Shown piece after piece: positions 30,018 through 40,728 of a stretch of DNA of 64,000 nucleotides (its first letter is position 1; each line of letters begins with the position of its first letter). The position numbers and the translations under genes were made by a program. The stretch comes from Nitrospirota bacterium. GTDB taxonomy: Bacteria; Nitrospirota; UBA9217. Location of the stretch: positions 160,001-224,000 of the forward strand of contig CAVVOB010000028.1 of assembly GCA_963749655.1 (NCBI GenBank), in the 5' to 3' direction. Below the pieces are notes generated by a model, which was not told the DNA's origin, did no database searches, and saw nothing but the letters and a program-made list of their open reading frames with translations.

Positions 30018-31807
30018 GAACCTGTAGGAAAAGTCATTTTATGCTATAATGACGCCATTAAAATGCTGCACGGAAGCATGAATACCCCTCACCCACGGGA
30101 GCGCGCATGGCGAAATACAAAGGCTACGATTATTCCCAAGGCAAATTTATCCCGATCAACTTCGACAAACAAATCCTCCCCGGCACCTTCGAACACACCC
30201 TCCACTATCTCATCGACAGCGACCTCGACCTATCCGCTTTTGATCTCCGGTACAGGAACGACGAAACCGGCGCCCCGGCCTACGATCCCCGGATCATGCT
30301 CAAGATCGTCCTGTATGCCTACTCCAAAGGGATCACCTCCAGCCGGAAGATCGCCGACTGTTGCAACGAGAATGTCGTGTTCATGGCCCTGTCCGCCGAC
30401 ACCCGGCCGCACTTCACCACGATCGCCGATTTCATCTCATCGAACGACCAGGAGACGGTGAAGCTCTTCCTTGAAGTACTCTTTATCTGCGACCGGATGG
30501 GCCTGATCGGCAAAGAGATGTTCGCTATCGATGGCTGCAAGCTCCCTTCGAACGCTTCAAAGGAATGGAGCGGAACTAAAAAGGATCTTCGACGTAAGAA
30601 AGAAAAGATGGAGAAGGCGATCAAGGCAATGATCGCTCAGCATAAGGAACGGGACAAAACCGAGACCGACCACGCGGTAATCGAGAAGGAAGAGCAGTAT
30701 ATAGCCACCCTCAAGGCGAAGATCAAAAAGATAAAAGACTTCATGAACGATAACGACGACAAGCCCGGCAGCAAGGGGCCGAGGAAGAGCAACATAACCG
30801 ACAACGAAAGCGCGAATATGATGACTTCGCACGGAGTAGTCCAGGGTTACAACGGTGTAGCCATGGTGGACAGCAAACACCAGGTAGTTGTCCATGCCGA
30901 TGCGACCGGAGACTCCGAGACTGCAATACTTAAACCCATGGTCGAAGGGACCCGGGGAAACTTCAAGACAATCGGAAAAGAAGAGGACATCTTCAAAAAG
31001 ACCCAACTGACGACCGATGCCGGTTTTCATTCCGCAATGAACGTGCAGATGGTAATCGAAGAAGGCATCGACGCATACATCGCGGATAACAAGTTCCGTC
31101 ATCGCGATCCCCGATATGCTACGGCCGACAGGCATAAGGAGAGGTTCAATAAAGAGATCGCAAAGAAATTCGACCGGCCGATCGTCTTCCAGCCGAGAGA
31201 CTTCACGGTGAGCCCGGATAAAAGCTTCTGCACCTGCCCGGCCGGGAAACGGATGTACAAATGCGGCAACGCGAATCATCATGGACTCCATGCGATCAAG
31301 TATCACGGAACAAAACGAGACTGTATCCCGTGCACGCAGCGCGCGCAGTGCCTGAAGAACCCCGAAGTGACCGAAACGCGCCAGTTCTCCCATTTCACAG
31401 GCAGGACCAACAAACAAGAAAAGACCTTCACGCAGAAGATGCGAGAGAAGATAGACTCGGTGGCCGGCAAGTTGATCTACGGACGAAGGATGGCGACGGT
31501 CGAACCGGTATTTGCTGACATCCGATCGAGTCTCGGTCTCGACCGCTTCAGTCTCAGAGGGAAAAAGAAGGTAAGCACCCAGTGGCGGCTATACTGTGTG
31601 GTTCACAACCTGCTCAAAGTGCACCGATACGGGTTCGGGTTCGCGGAAAGTTGAGATAACGGGAAGCAGAAAGAGAAAGAAAATGCAGTAGCGAGATCGA
31701 CCAGGACCGATTGAATCACGCAAAAGCTCAAATCAAGAACTCACCCTGATAAAAACTTGCTACCGGGGATCAATGATGCTTTTCAAATCGACTTTTTCTA
31801 CAGACTC
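30018..31807 (+). mobile_element. IS1182-family insertion sequence, 1790 bp
   Basis: 18-bp imperfect IRs gaacctgtaggaaaagtc (30018-30035) and gactttttctacagactc (31790-31807); GTT target duplication at 30015-30017 and 31808-31810. Confidence 0.9.
30107..31654 (+). CDS. IS1182 family transposase
   Basis: GAPAYDPRIMLK, SSRKI, PHFTTIADF, AIDGCK, TDAGF, CPAG, VEPVF, FSLRG. Confidence 0.95.
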   Translation: MAKYKGYDYSQGKFIPINFDKQILPGTFEHTLHYLIDSDLDLSAFDLRYRNDETGAPAYDPRIMLKIVLYAYSKGITSSRKIADCCNENVVFMALSADTRPHFTTIADFISSNDQETVKLFLEVLFICDRMGLIGKEMFAIDGCKLPSNASKEWSGTKKDLRRKKEKMEKAIKAMIAQHKERDKTETDHAVIEKEEQYIATLKAKIKKIKDFMNDNDDKPGSKGPRKSNITDNESANMMTSHGVVQGYNGVAMVDSKHQVVVHADATGDSETAILKPMVEGTRGNFKTIGKEEDIFKKTQLTTDAGFHSAMNVQMVIEEGIDAYIADNKFRHRDPRYATADRHKERFNKEIAKKFDRPIVFQPRDFTVSPDKSFCTCPAGKRMYKCGNANHHGLHAIKYHGTKRDCIPCTQRAQCLKNPEVTETRQFSHFTGRTNKQEKTFTQKMREKIDSVAGKLIYGRRMATVEPVFADIRSSLGLDRFSLRGKKKVSTQWRLYCVVHNLLKVHRYGFGFAES

Positions 31808-33144
31808 GTTGTGGGAGTCCGCGGGCGTGCCGCCCCTGTTGTGGGCAAAGGTGCCGTTCGTGATCGTCACTGTATCGTAGTTGTTTTCGACCAAGACTGT
31901 CGGGCTGGGAGGCACGGCGCCGCCGCCGTAGGAGAATCGGCAGCGGTTGAAGACCGATCCGGCCCCCGTTACCCTGATGTACGACCAGTCAAGCGGCGCG
32001 GCCGCGGTTTGACCGCCGTCAGCGTCGGTATCGCCGCCCACGGTGTCGTCGTGGAGGGAGGTAAATATGATGCCGGTGGACCCATTCGCGGTCAGGGTGC
32101 CGGCAACGCTGATGTTCGTGACATCAAGCTTCACGATGACGTTGTCGCCGAGCGTTATCGACTTGCCCGCAGGAATCGAGAGCACCTTTGCAATCACATA
32201 GGGCACTTCGGTGTTCGACCAGGCGATATTCCCGACCTGGGTTGAGTCTCCGTTCCAGAAGATGCCGTTGTAAGTATTCGTGACCGTAACGCCGCTTACC
32301 ATTTGGTGGAACACATTGGTATTGTCGAGATCGTACAGTGCGTTTATGACCAGGGGCACGTCGTTGTCATAGAAGGTATTGCCGCTGATGACGGTGCCCG
32401 CGCCGGCGAAGGTCGCGAATAATGCAGCGCCGCGATAGTCCGTCAGCGTGCCTCCCTTATTATGCGCAAAGGTGCAGTTCGTTACCGTTGCCGAAGAAGC
32501 ATTGTTTATTCCCAGCGTGTGCGCCGGCGTGCCCGAGAAGCCCCCGCCGTAGGTGAAGACGCAGTGATTGAACATTGAGCCGCTCACGTTCACGAAAATA
32601 GAGTTCCAGTCGCCGCGCGCAGGTGTGGCGGCGGTGCCGTCATTGTTCGTGTCGCCCCCGTACGTGTCGTCCTTGATGGACGTAAAGGGGATCGGCGTGG
32701 AGCTGCTCCCGCCGTCGGCGACGATCGATCCTCCTGTATTAACGGTTATCGATTTACCGCCCTGGAACTTGACGATCGCGCCTGGTTCGATCGTGAGCGC
32801 GGCGGTCACGTCGATGGAGTTCTCGATAACATGAATGCTGCAGCTGGTCCACGTCGCTGCGGCTGTGATGTCCTCGGTAACCGAGATAACTGTTAGAGAT
32901 TCGCACGTGCCCGGGGTTACCGGCGGCGTAACCGGCGGCGTGCCGTCCCCTCCTTTTCCGTTTCCGCTGCACCCGGTAAGAATTGCCGCTGTAAAAAACA
33001 CAAGCAATGCCGATAAAAAGAACCGTTTCATAAAACCTCCTTTTGCGTTGTTACGAAATATCAGCAGGTTCTGCTGAGTCGTTCTCCTTCTTCTGCGTCA
33101 ACCCTTCCGGCTGCATCATGTTTGCAGCCGCATTGTCGGACTGC

Positions 33145-33333
33145 TCAGGATGGTAGGTTTTTATCCTCTTTGCATTTTCTCTTCCGGTTTTTTACGGAGT
33201 TTAGAATTATCCAGAGCTCATCGAGGCTGGTGAAGACCTTTTTTTCCGTGCCTCCGGCCTCCTCCACAATTCCCACGAAACTCCTCGGATTGTTTTCTTC
33301 TTCCCGATATATTCGCACGATGAAGCTGTTCAT
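33145..33333 (-). CDS. Small protein, 62 aa, between the regulator and the lipoprotein operon
   Basis: GGAG SD; MNSFIVRIYR..FVGIVEE..VFTSLDELWIIL. Confidence 0.7.
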   Translation of the reverse strand: MNSFIVRIYREEENNPRSFVGIVEEAGGTEKKVFTSLDELWIILNSVKNRKRKCKEDKNLPS

Positions 33334-33541
33334 ATGATCTCCGCTTGTGTTGTTATTCGCGTAATAAGAACAGAGGGTTGCTAAACGGGCTGCACTGTAA
33401 CAAAAGGGGAGTCACCAATCGGTCACAGATTGCACAAATATTTTGGCAGGTGCTTTCTTAACGGAAAATCAGAGGGATAGGTTCTTTGGAGCAAGAATTA
33501 CTGGTGAAAATTCGAGGACAGAACCGCGCGAAACGAATGTG

Positions 33542-36500
33542 CTATTTCCGAAATGAGGAGTAAATGGCTTCCGTTTTGGCGGAGGGTGCAATTCCGAGGA
33601 TAGAGGCAAGAACGGTCCGGCAGCGACTATAAATACGTGTCGCTTCCGCTTGTTGGCCGAGCGTCTGGTAACAGGTCATGAGATGCTGATAGAACTCTTC
33701 GGCGAGCTCGTCCGTTTCAAGCCCGCGCTCGAAGGTCTCGGCTGCTTTGTGCCACTGCCCGGACTTTTCCAGGTAAAGGCCCTGCTGAAGAACGAGCCGG
33801 AGAAATTTAGTTCGCAGCCGCTCCCGGTATGCCGCGGTCCAGACCTGCTCCGTGTCGCCGGGCAGGAAATATCCCTGGTAGAGATCCAGGGCTTTTTCAC
33901 CGCAGGTGTAAGCGTCTGCAGCGATGCTCTCCCTTTCGCGACCGTTCTGATCGCCGGCAGAGCGCCACAGGGACTCCGCCCGCTCATGCATCCGCTCAAA
34001 GGACCAGGCATCGACCGCAGCAGAAACGGGGATCAAGCGACAGCCGCCGCTCTTGCAGGAGCAGCGCTTTTTCGCTGCCAGCAAGAGAGCGGAGCCTCTG
34101 AAGGGTGGTCGAGAACGCACTGTGCGCGGCATCGCCGTCCGAATCCGGCCAGAGGAGATCGGTGATCTTTTCTTCCGGGACCTCGCTGCCTCCGAACGCG
34201 ATCAGGGCCTTGAGCAGCATGAGCGGCCTGTGCTGCACTTTGCGGCCCGTCCCCGCGCGTTTGCCGTCCTTCAGCACTTCGAATCTGCCGAGGGTGATGA
34301 TCCTGAGCGGCCAGGGCCAGGCTTCGCTGACTGCTGCCGGGTTTTCAGGCTCAAGACGATGAGCCGTGATGAGGTGGAGGACATACTCCGGTTCGATCCC
34401 GGCCTCAAGCGCCCTGGCGCACAGCCCCGCCAGCGTTTTACGCCGCCACCCTGCTACGTTCATTATGGTATGCGCCTTGCCAAGCGACAGGGCGCGGCCG
34501 AGCATCGTCAGGCCCTTTGCATCGGATGAAGCCCTTTTTTCGGAAAACTCGAACAATGCATTCAAAAGCAGACAGGAGAATTCAAGGAGGATGCTCTTCA
34601 TCATGCGGGCGATCTCAAGCGTTTTTTCCGCGCGCTCGCGCGCCTCGGCAATATTGCCCGTGTGGTAAAGGGCCTGGCTCAGATTGTACAGGCTCCAGGC
34701 AAGGGCAAAGGGGGCGCCGCCCGCTGCCGCCAGTTTTTCCGATAGACGGGCATGTTCCAGGGACGCGGAAAAGTCATCGCGGCAGCGGGCATCAAGGGAT
34801 GCGAGATTATGATAAAGGACCGCGTCAAGGCGATTGTCAAAGTTCGTTGCAGCGGTCAGTCTGTGCAAACCCTCTGCTGACGCCGCGCAATCACCGGCGA
34901 TAGTGCTGCAATAAACATCCTGTGCGTAGAGTTTCCATTCGAAATTGTGAAGACCGTGGAAGCGGGCTGTTTCCAGTCCCTCGGCAATTGCTTTCCGACA
35001 GGCATCAATCGAGGCCGTGGCCCACCCATGAATCGCTTTCATCAGGCATCCCATGACCCTGATAACAGGCGGGACATCAGGCGACTTCATGGCAAGATGC
35101 AGGTCGTTCATCAGTGACGGCATGTCGGTCGGAAATTCTGTCCATGAATAATAAATCAGCAGAAAGGCAGCATTGATCACCCGCTGGGTGTTGTCCCGAC
35201 AGGAAGGCATAAGCGACTTCGCTCTCTCGAACCAGAAGGAGAGCCGGGGATGATCGGGACGAGCCATATACAGGATCGTGAACATGGCAAAGGTTGCGCG
35301 GATTTCAAGCTCAGGCGATGAAAATCCGTTTGACTGCTTGACAATGTCTTCGAGTTCGTTTATCCAGCGGTCCACGCCGGTGAGGTCGCTGAACGAGACC
35401 GCGTAAGAATCCAGAACAGCCAGGCAGACGAGGATCAATCCTTCACGGCTGCCCTCCTTTTTGAAAAGTTCGAAAGCTGACTCCAACCCTTTCCTGTTTT
35501 CCACCGGGTTGAACGGCCCCAGGCAGACAGCCTGCCAGAACAGGAGCCAGGGGGCGGAAAGGATGATTTCCCGGGGAAGCCGTTCGATCCACTCCAGGAG
35601 GGTCCTGTTTCTGCCCTGGCTGATCAGTTGCTGCGCGTTGCCGAGAATGAGCGGCGCCAGGCTGTTCCAATCTTCGGCACGCGAAAGAAGCGCCACGGCA
35701 TCTTCCACCTGTCCCGATTCCTCCAGGACAACGGCGGCCCGCTTTTGTAGCCGGGAAAGCCCCTCCGGGCTGAGTGAGTTCTGCATCCGCGTCAGCAGAA
35801 ATTCCCGGAAGAGCGAATGGTATTGGTAGGTCAATTCGGGGACGCATGCGTTTTTCCGTAAAAAAATTGTCGCGGCTTAAAGCGGCAAGTATGCTGCCTG
35901 CGTTATCACGATCGGTCAGCTGTATTGCCGTCCCAACGGTCATCTGCGGCAGAAGCGACGACATGGTCAGAAAATCACGCGTCTCGAAGTCCAGCTTATC
36001 GAGGACCTCGCCGGCGAAGTAATCGAAGACTTCCAGCCGCGCCGGATCCTCCTCGGATGGGGGGCCGCCGCTCTTTGCACCCGCGCTTTCCATAAGAAGC
36101 ACCAGACCTGCGACCCATCCCTCCGTTTTCGCGTGCAGTTCCTCGATGATGCTTTCAGTTAATTTCACTTTTCGCCGGGCGAACTGTTTCGTTTCTTCGA
36201 GCGTAAACCGCAGTTCGTCCCATCCGACAACCCGAATTGCCCCGCTTGCCCGAAGGCGCGAAAATGCGGCCGGCGGCTCATTCCTGCTGAGAACGATCAC
36301 CTGGATCCCGCCCGGGGCGAGCGCCAGTCCGGTTTGTACGACATCGTGAAACGGTGAATCCTCCGGCACGTCCTGATAATTATCAAAAACGACGGCAAAG
36401 GGAGGCCTCAATCTTTTGTAAAGACTTTCAAAGAACCGCCGGGTAAATGTTGCGATGCCGCTCAGGTATTCAGGAGTTAAAAGAGGAAGGGGTTTTCGAT

Positions 36501-36771
36501 AACGGGGCGCGGCTTTTTTCGTTGCCAGGCCCAGGTAGTAGAAAAACGCCGCGATATCCGAGTCGCGATCATCCGTCTGGTACCACAGGCACGGAAGCTT
36601 GCGCGCATCGAGATAGCCGGCGAGGAGAGAGGTCTTGCCGGAACCGGCCGGTCCGGTCACCCAGAGAATCGGCTGTTTTCGCGCGCTGTCGAGGAGCCGA
36701 AACAGCCTTTTCCGGGGGATGATGGATGCCGCATTGGGCCGGCTGATTTTGGCTATCGCGATCTTCTCCAC
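33542..36771 (-). CDS. MalT-like STAND ATPase-TPR regulator with C-terminal winged helix and BTAD domain (frameshifts near 35830 and 34020)
   Basis: GPAGSGKT, VVFDNYQ, LRFTLEE, TEGWVAGL, YQYHSLFREFL; TLGRF, LWPDSD, LYQGYFL, YQHLM, GIAPS. Confidence 0.88.
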
Positions 36772-36955
36772 GGATAAGTCCGCCTTTGCACAACCTGCCG
36801 GCCGGTGCTGCCCCTGATGAATAAAGCTGCGGCATTGATGTGCTAAGGTAGCGCATCCTTCAGTTTGAAGTCAAGGGAATATTACCGCGCAAATCGGCAG
36901 AAACCATTTTTTGCGGGACTCCGCGTAGATCGGATAATGGAAGGAAGCACAAAAG

Positions 36956-36985
36956 AAAAAGGACAGGCCCTCATGGCCTGTCCTT
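36956..36985 (-). terminator. Intrinsic terminator after ferritin-like gene
   Basis: aaggacaggcc-atgag-ggcctgtcctt followed by T run on minus strand. Confidence 0.75.
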
Positions 36986-37011
36986 ATCGGTTGAAAAAAT
37001 GATGAGCGGGA

Positions 37012-37437
37012 TTACTGTCCCAGAAGGGTCGTAAAGGTGTCGTGATGCCCTTCTTCCTGCGACAGGATTTCCTCGAAGAGCAGCCTGGTAGTTTCGTCCC
37101 CCTCGGAGGCGGCCTGTTTGATGATGTCCTTGTAGAGCGTGATGGCCTCTTCCTCGGCCTTCACGTCGGCCTTGAGCATCTGCTCCGGCGTGCCGCCGAC
37201 GGCAATGGAGTTCGGCTTGGTCGTGGGATTTACGTCGAAATAGAACAGCCTCTCCGCGATCTTCTCGGCATGCTTCATCTCGTCCATGGCCACGTCCTCG
37301 AACACATCCATGAGCGACGACGAGTTCATGCCTTTTACCATGATGTGGTGCCACATGTACTGGACAATCGCCTGGAGCTCTCCCGCGATCGCCTGATTCA
37401 TCATTTCCGTCAGTTTGGGACTCGCCTTCTGTACCAT
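37012..37437 (-). CDS. Ferritin-like / bacterioferritin-related protein
   Basis: Di-iron pattern ELQAIVQY, DEMKHAE, EEEAITLY, QEEGHH. Confidence 0.88.
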   Translation of the reverse strand: MVQKASPKLTEMMNQAIAGELQAIVQYMWHHIMVKGMNSSSLMDVFEDVAMDEMKHAEKIAERLFYFDVNPTTKPNSIAVGGTPEQMLKADVKAEEEAITLYKDIIKQAASEGDETTRLLFEEILSQEEGHHDTFTTLLGQ

Positions 37438-37640
37438 CTGTTTCGCCTCCTTTGATGATTAAATGTCTTCCCTGAATCGGCACGAATGTATTAACTATAG
37501 CACAGGGACCAGGTGATGGCAAATCCCCTGCTTATTTCATACTTTCCCGTTGCCTTCTCCCTTTGCTTGAAATATAATGTCGCGATCATGAAGGCAGAAA
37601 TGGTTTTACTGACTACACTTAATGAGGAGCATTGAAAGAC

Positions 37641-39578
37641 ATGGGGAAAAACATTGTTTACAAAATCCTGGAATCGCACCTCGTCGAAGGCAAGCTCGAA
37701 CCGGGCACCGAGATCGCGATCCGGATCGACCAGACCCTGACGCAGGACGCCACCGGCACCATGGCATACCTCCAGTTCGAGGCCATGGACGTGCCGCGGG
37801 TCAAGACCGAACTGTCGGTGAGCTACGTTGACCACAATACGCTCCAGGACGGGTACGAGAACGCCGACGACCACCGCTACCTCATGACCGTGGCCTCGCG
37901 CTACGGCATCTATTACTCCAAGGCGGGCAACGGCATCTGCCACCAGGTCCATCTCGAACGCTTCGGCAGGCCTGGCAGAACGCTTCTCGGTTCGGACTCC
38001 CATACGCCGACCGGCGGCGGCATCGGCATGATCGCCATCGGAGCAGGCGGGCTTGATGTCGCTGTCGCAATGGGCGGCGGCCCGTTCTACCTCACCTGCC
38101 CCAAGGTGGTGAAGGTGACCCTCACGGGAAAACTCCGTCCCTGGGTATCGGCAAAAGACGTGATCCTTACAATCCTCCGGATACTGACGACAAAAGGCAA
38201 CGTAGGCACCGTGATCGAGTACGCAGGCGAAGGAATAAAGACGCTTACCGTGCCCGAACGGGCCACGATCACGAACATGGGCGCGGAGCTTGGCGTCACG
38301 ACCTCGGTCTTCCCGAGCGACGAGATCACCCGGGCTTTCCTCAAGGCCCAGAAGAGGGATACCGAGTGGACAGCTCTTGTTGCCGACGCTGATGCTGAGT
38401 ATCACAAGGTGATCGATATCGACCTGGCTGCGGTCGAACCCCTGATGGCCAAACCGCACTCTCCGGATAACATCGGGACCGTGAAGGAGCTTTCCGGCAC
38501 AAAGGTGGACCAGGTAATGGTGGGCTCGTGCACCAACTCATCGTATCGTGATCTGATGATCGTGGCCTCGATGCTCAAAGGCCGCCGTGTATTTCCCGAC
38601 GTGAGCTTCGGCGTTGCGCCGGGCTCGCGCCAGGTGCTCGAGATGATCGCGAAGAACGGAGCCCTTGCCGATATCATAACTGCAGGCGCACGGGTGCTCG
38701 AATCGACCTGCGGCTTCTGCATCGGTGCGGGCCAGGCGCCGAAGACCGACGCAATCTCGATCCGGACGAGCAACCGGAATTTCGAGGGCCGCTCGGGCAC
38801 CAAGAGCGCTAAGGTGTTTCTTGCAAGCCCTGAGACCGCGGTTGCAGCTGCGCTCACCGGCGGCGTCACGGACCCCCGGGACCTCGGCATTCCTTACCCG
38901 CAGGTGGAAATACCCGCAGAGTTTTGGATCGATGACAGCATGGTCCTTCCGCCGTCAAAGGACCCGCTCTCTGTTACAGTCTACCGCGGCCCGAACATCG
39001 GGGACCCGCCTGCTGCGGAGCCCCTTCCTGAAACGATCACGGGTGTTGTTGCGATCAAGGTAGGCGATAAGATCACGACGGACCACATCATGCCTGCAGG
39101 CTCTCGCCTGAAGTACCGCTCGAATATACCGAAGTATGCAGAGTTCGTGTTCGAGGGCGTGGATGCGGGGTTCTCGAAGAAAGCGCTGGAGAATAAAAAA
39201 GCAGGCGTCCATAATATCGTGATCGCCGGCGCAAGCTACGGGCAGGGCTCGAGCCGCGAGCATGCTGCCATATGCCCGATGTATCTGGGCGTCAAGGCGG
39301 TGATCGCAAAGTCCTTTGAACGGATCCATGCGGCGAACCTGATCAATTTCGGAATCTTGCCGCTCACCTTTGCGAACGAGACGGATTATGACGCCATAGG
39401 AGCGAACGAGAAGGTCGAGATAAAGGACATTAAGGCAACTCTTGCGAAAGGTGCGGACCTCGTCATGAAGACTGCGGGCGGAAAAATTGTTACGCTCAAG
39501 TATTCGCTGAGCGCGCGGCAGCGCGACATCCTGCTCGCAGGTGGAATGTTAAACTATACAAGGTCGCAGAGCAAATAA
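37641..39578 (+). CDS. acnA: Aconitate hydratase
   Basis: TQDATG, GICHQ, GSDSHT, GSCTNSS, CGFCIG, NRNFEGR, TTDHI, GSSREHA. Confidence 0.9.
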   Translation: MGKNIVYKILESHLVEGKLEPGTEIAIRIDQTLTQDATGTMAYLQFEAMDVPRVKTELSVSYVDHNTLQDGYENADDHRYLMTVASRYGIYYSKAGNGICHQVHLERFGRPGRTLLGSDSHTPTGGGIGMIAIGAGGLDVAVAMGGGPFYLTCPKVVKVTLTGKLRPWVSAKDVILTILRILTTKGNVGTVIEYAGEGIKTLTVPERATITNMGAELGVTTSVFPSDEITRAFLKAQKRDTEWTALVADADAEYHKVIDIDLAAVEPLMAKPHSPDNIGTVKELSGTKVDQVMVGSCTNSSYRDLMIVASMLKGRRVFPDVSFGVAPGSRQVLEMIAKNGALADIITAGARVLESTCGFCIGAGQAPKTDAISIRTSNRNFEGRSGTKSAKVFLASPETAVAAALTGGVTDPRDLGIPYPQVEIPAEFWIDDSMVLPPSKDPLSVTVYRGPNIGDPPAAEPLPETITGVVAIKVGDKITTDHIMPAGSRLKYRSNIPKYAEFVFEGVDAGFSKKALENKKAGVHNIVIAGASYGQGSSREHAAICPMYLGVKAVIAKSFERIHAANLINFGILPLTFANETDYDAIGANEKVEIKDIKATLAKGADLVMKTAGGKIVTLKYSLSARQRDILLAGGMLNYTRSQSK

Positions 39579-39609
39579 AAGCTCTCGTTCTTCGTGCAGT
39601 CCAAACAGC

Positions 39610-39640
39610 AAAAGCCGCATTCGTTTGAATGCGGCTTTTT
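39610..39640. terminator. Bidirectional intrinsic terminator
   Basis: aaaagccgcattc-gttt-gaatgcggcttttt. Confidence 0.85.
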
Positions 39641-39682
39641 ATTTTCCGAATTGCTCGTCTAGGGGACTGCGGAGAACCCATT

Positions 39683-39886
39683 CTATCCGCGGACCCTCTT
39701 GATCGTGCCATTGTTGATCATTTGATGGAACTGGGCGAGCAGGGCTTTTTCTTCCTTGTCGAGATGTCCGTCGTCCTGCGCTGCATGCATGATTTTGTTG
39801 TACTCATCGGGCGTTATTTCGAGATCGCTGATAGCTTCATTGATGATCTGTTTCAACGCTCCTGCTGACTTGCTCGGTTTTTCCAT
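39683..39886 (-). CDS. Small hypothetical protein, 67 aa
   Basis: GGAGG SD; ITPDEYNKIM..DDGHLDKEEK helical pattern. Confidence 0.7.
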   Translation of the reverse strand: MEKPSKSAGALKQIINEAISDLEITPDEYNKIMHAAQDDGHLDKEEKALLAQFHQMINNGTIKRVRG

Positions 39887-40083
39887 AGAGGCCTCCTGCA
39901 TGGTTGTGGAATTGAAAATCCTGAATGCGTATAGTTTACCTGCTCACCAGTCCAGTGTCAAATTCGTTCGCCACAAAAGCAGGAGTCCCGCGTCGGCAAA
40001 AAACTCTGGTTCGGGCTCAACCCGAAAATGATCACATGAGATATTACATGATCTGTGCGGCGTTATTTCCGGTCTCCAACTGT

Positions 40084-40611
40084 TCAGTTATAATTCACCA
40101 TGTTCTCTATGTTTTTCGTCTGCCTCTCGGCGCTTTCCCAGATCACGTTTATCGCGTCCGCGGAAATGCTTCTCCAGCGGGCCCCCGTAGGCTTGTATAA
40201 ATGACCCTCTGTCGACAAACTATATTTTTCAACGAGCGGATCCAGCTCCTGGAACACATAGATGCGTCCCTTGGGCACAAAGGGAAGTTGATTCACCTGC
40301 GTCTGGTACTGGCAAAACAGCTGACCGTCTTTGTACGTAGCCAAAAGGCGCGAGTAGGCGTCGAACACGGCGCTCTCCGCTTTTGAAGCTGCCTTGTCTT
40401 TTAACGCCGCCGTCCCGGAGGCAAGTTTTTGCAGCAATGACTCCGGAACCTCGCAGGGTCTATCGGGCGTTATCGCGTTCTTCAAGGCACGCGCTGTCCG
40501 GTTCAGGTCCGAGAATTTTTCTTTGTCTATTCCACCCGGTTCTGATACACAGCCGGAACCCAGGAGCATTGTTGCCAGCAGCAATATCAAGACTACCTTG
40601 TTCCGTCTCAT
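40084..40611 (-). CDS. Lipoprotein, hypothetical
   Basis: Signal peptide with LGSGC lipobox. Confidence 0.75.
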   Translation of the reverse strand: MRRNKVVLILLLATMLLGSGCVSEPGGIDKEKFSDLNRTARALKNAITPDRPCEVPESLLQKLASGTAALKDKAASKAESAVFDAYSRLLATYKDGQLFCQYQTQVNQLPFVPKGRIYVFQELDPLVEKYSLSTEGHLYKPTGARWRSISADAINVIWESAERQTKNIENMVNYN

Positions 40612-40728
40612 ACGTCCCTTTAAAATAGATCGTTTAGATTATATCGAAGTACTTTTGTTATCGCAAAGGGGGAAGAACGCAGTGCGTCGCGGGCAGGGCA
40701 ATTCTCGATCCATGCGTGACAGCGGTGC

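Larger units (their letters stand above)
29484..33031 (-). pseudogene. Surface lipoprotein with repeated beta-helix-like units, interrupted by IS1182
   Basis: Lipobox LTGC; removing the IS and one 3-bp duplication restores an in-frame ~584-aa ORF (..PADSHN|AALNLRGAG..). Confidence 0.85.

Noticed and set aside
33444-33460. Second sigma54 promoter (TTGGCAGG...)
   Set aside because: Lacks the -12 TTGC element and faces away from the operon
37012-37640. Iron-responsive-element link between aconitase and the divergent ferritin-like gene
   Set aside because: No CAGUG-loop hairpin in the leader; adjacency alone is not evidence
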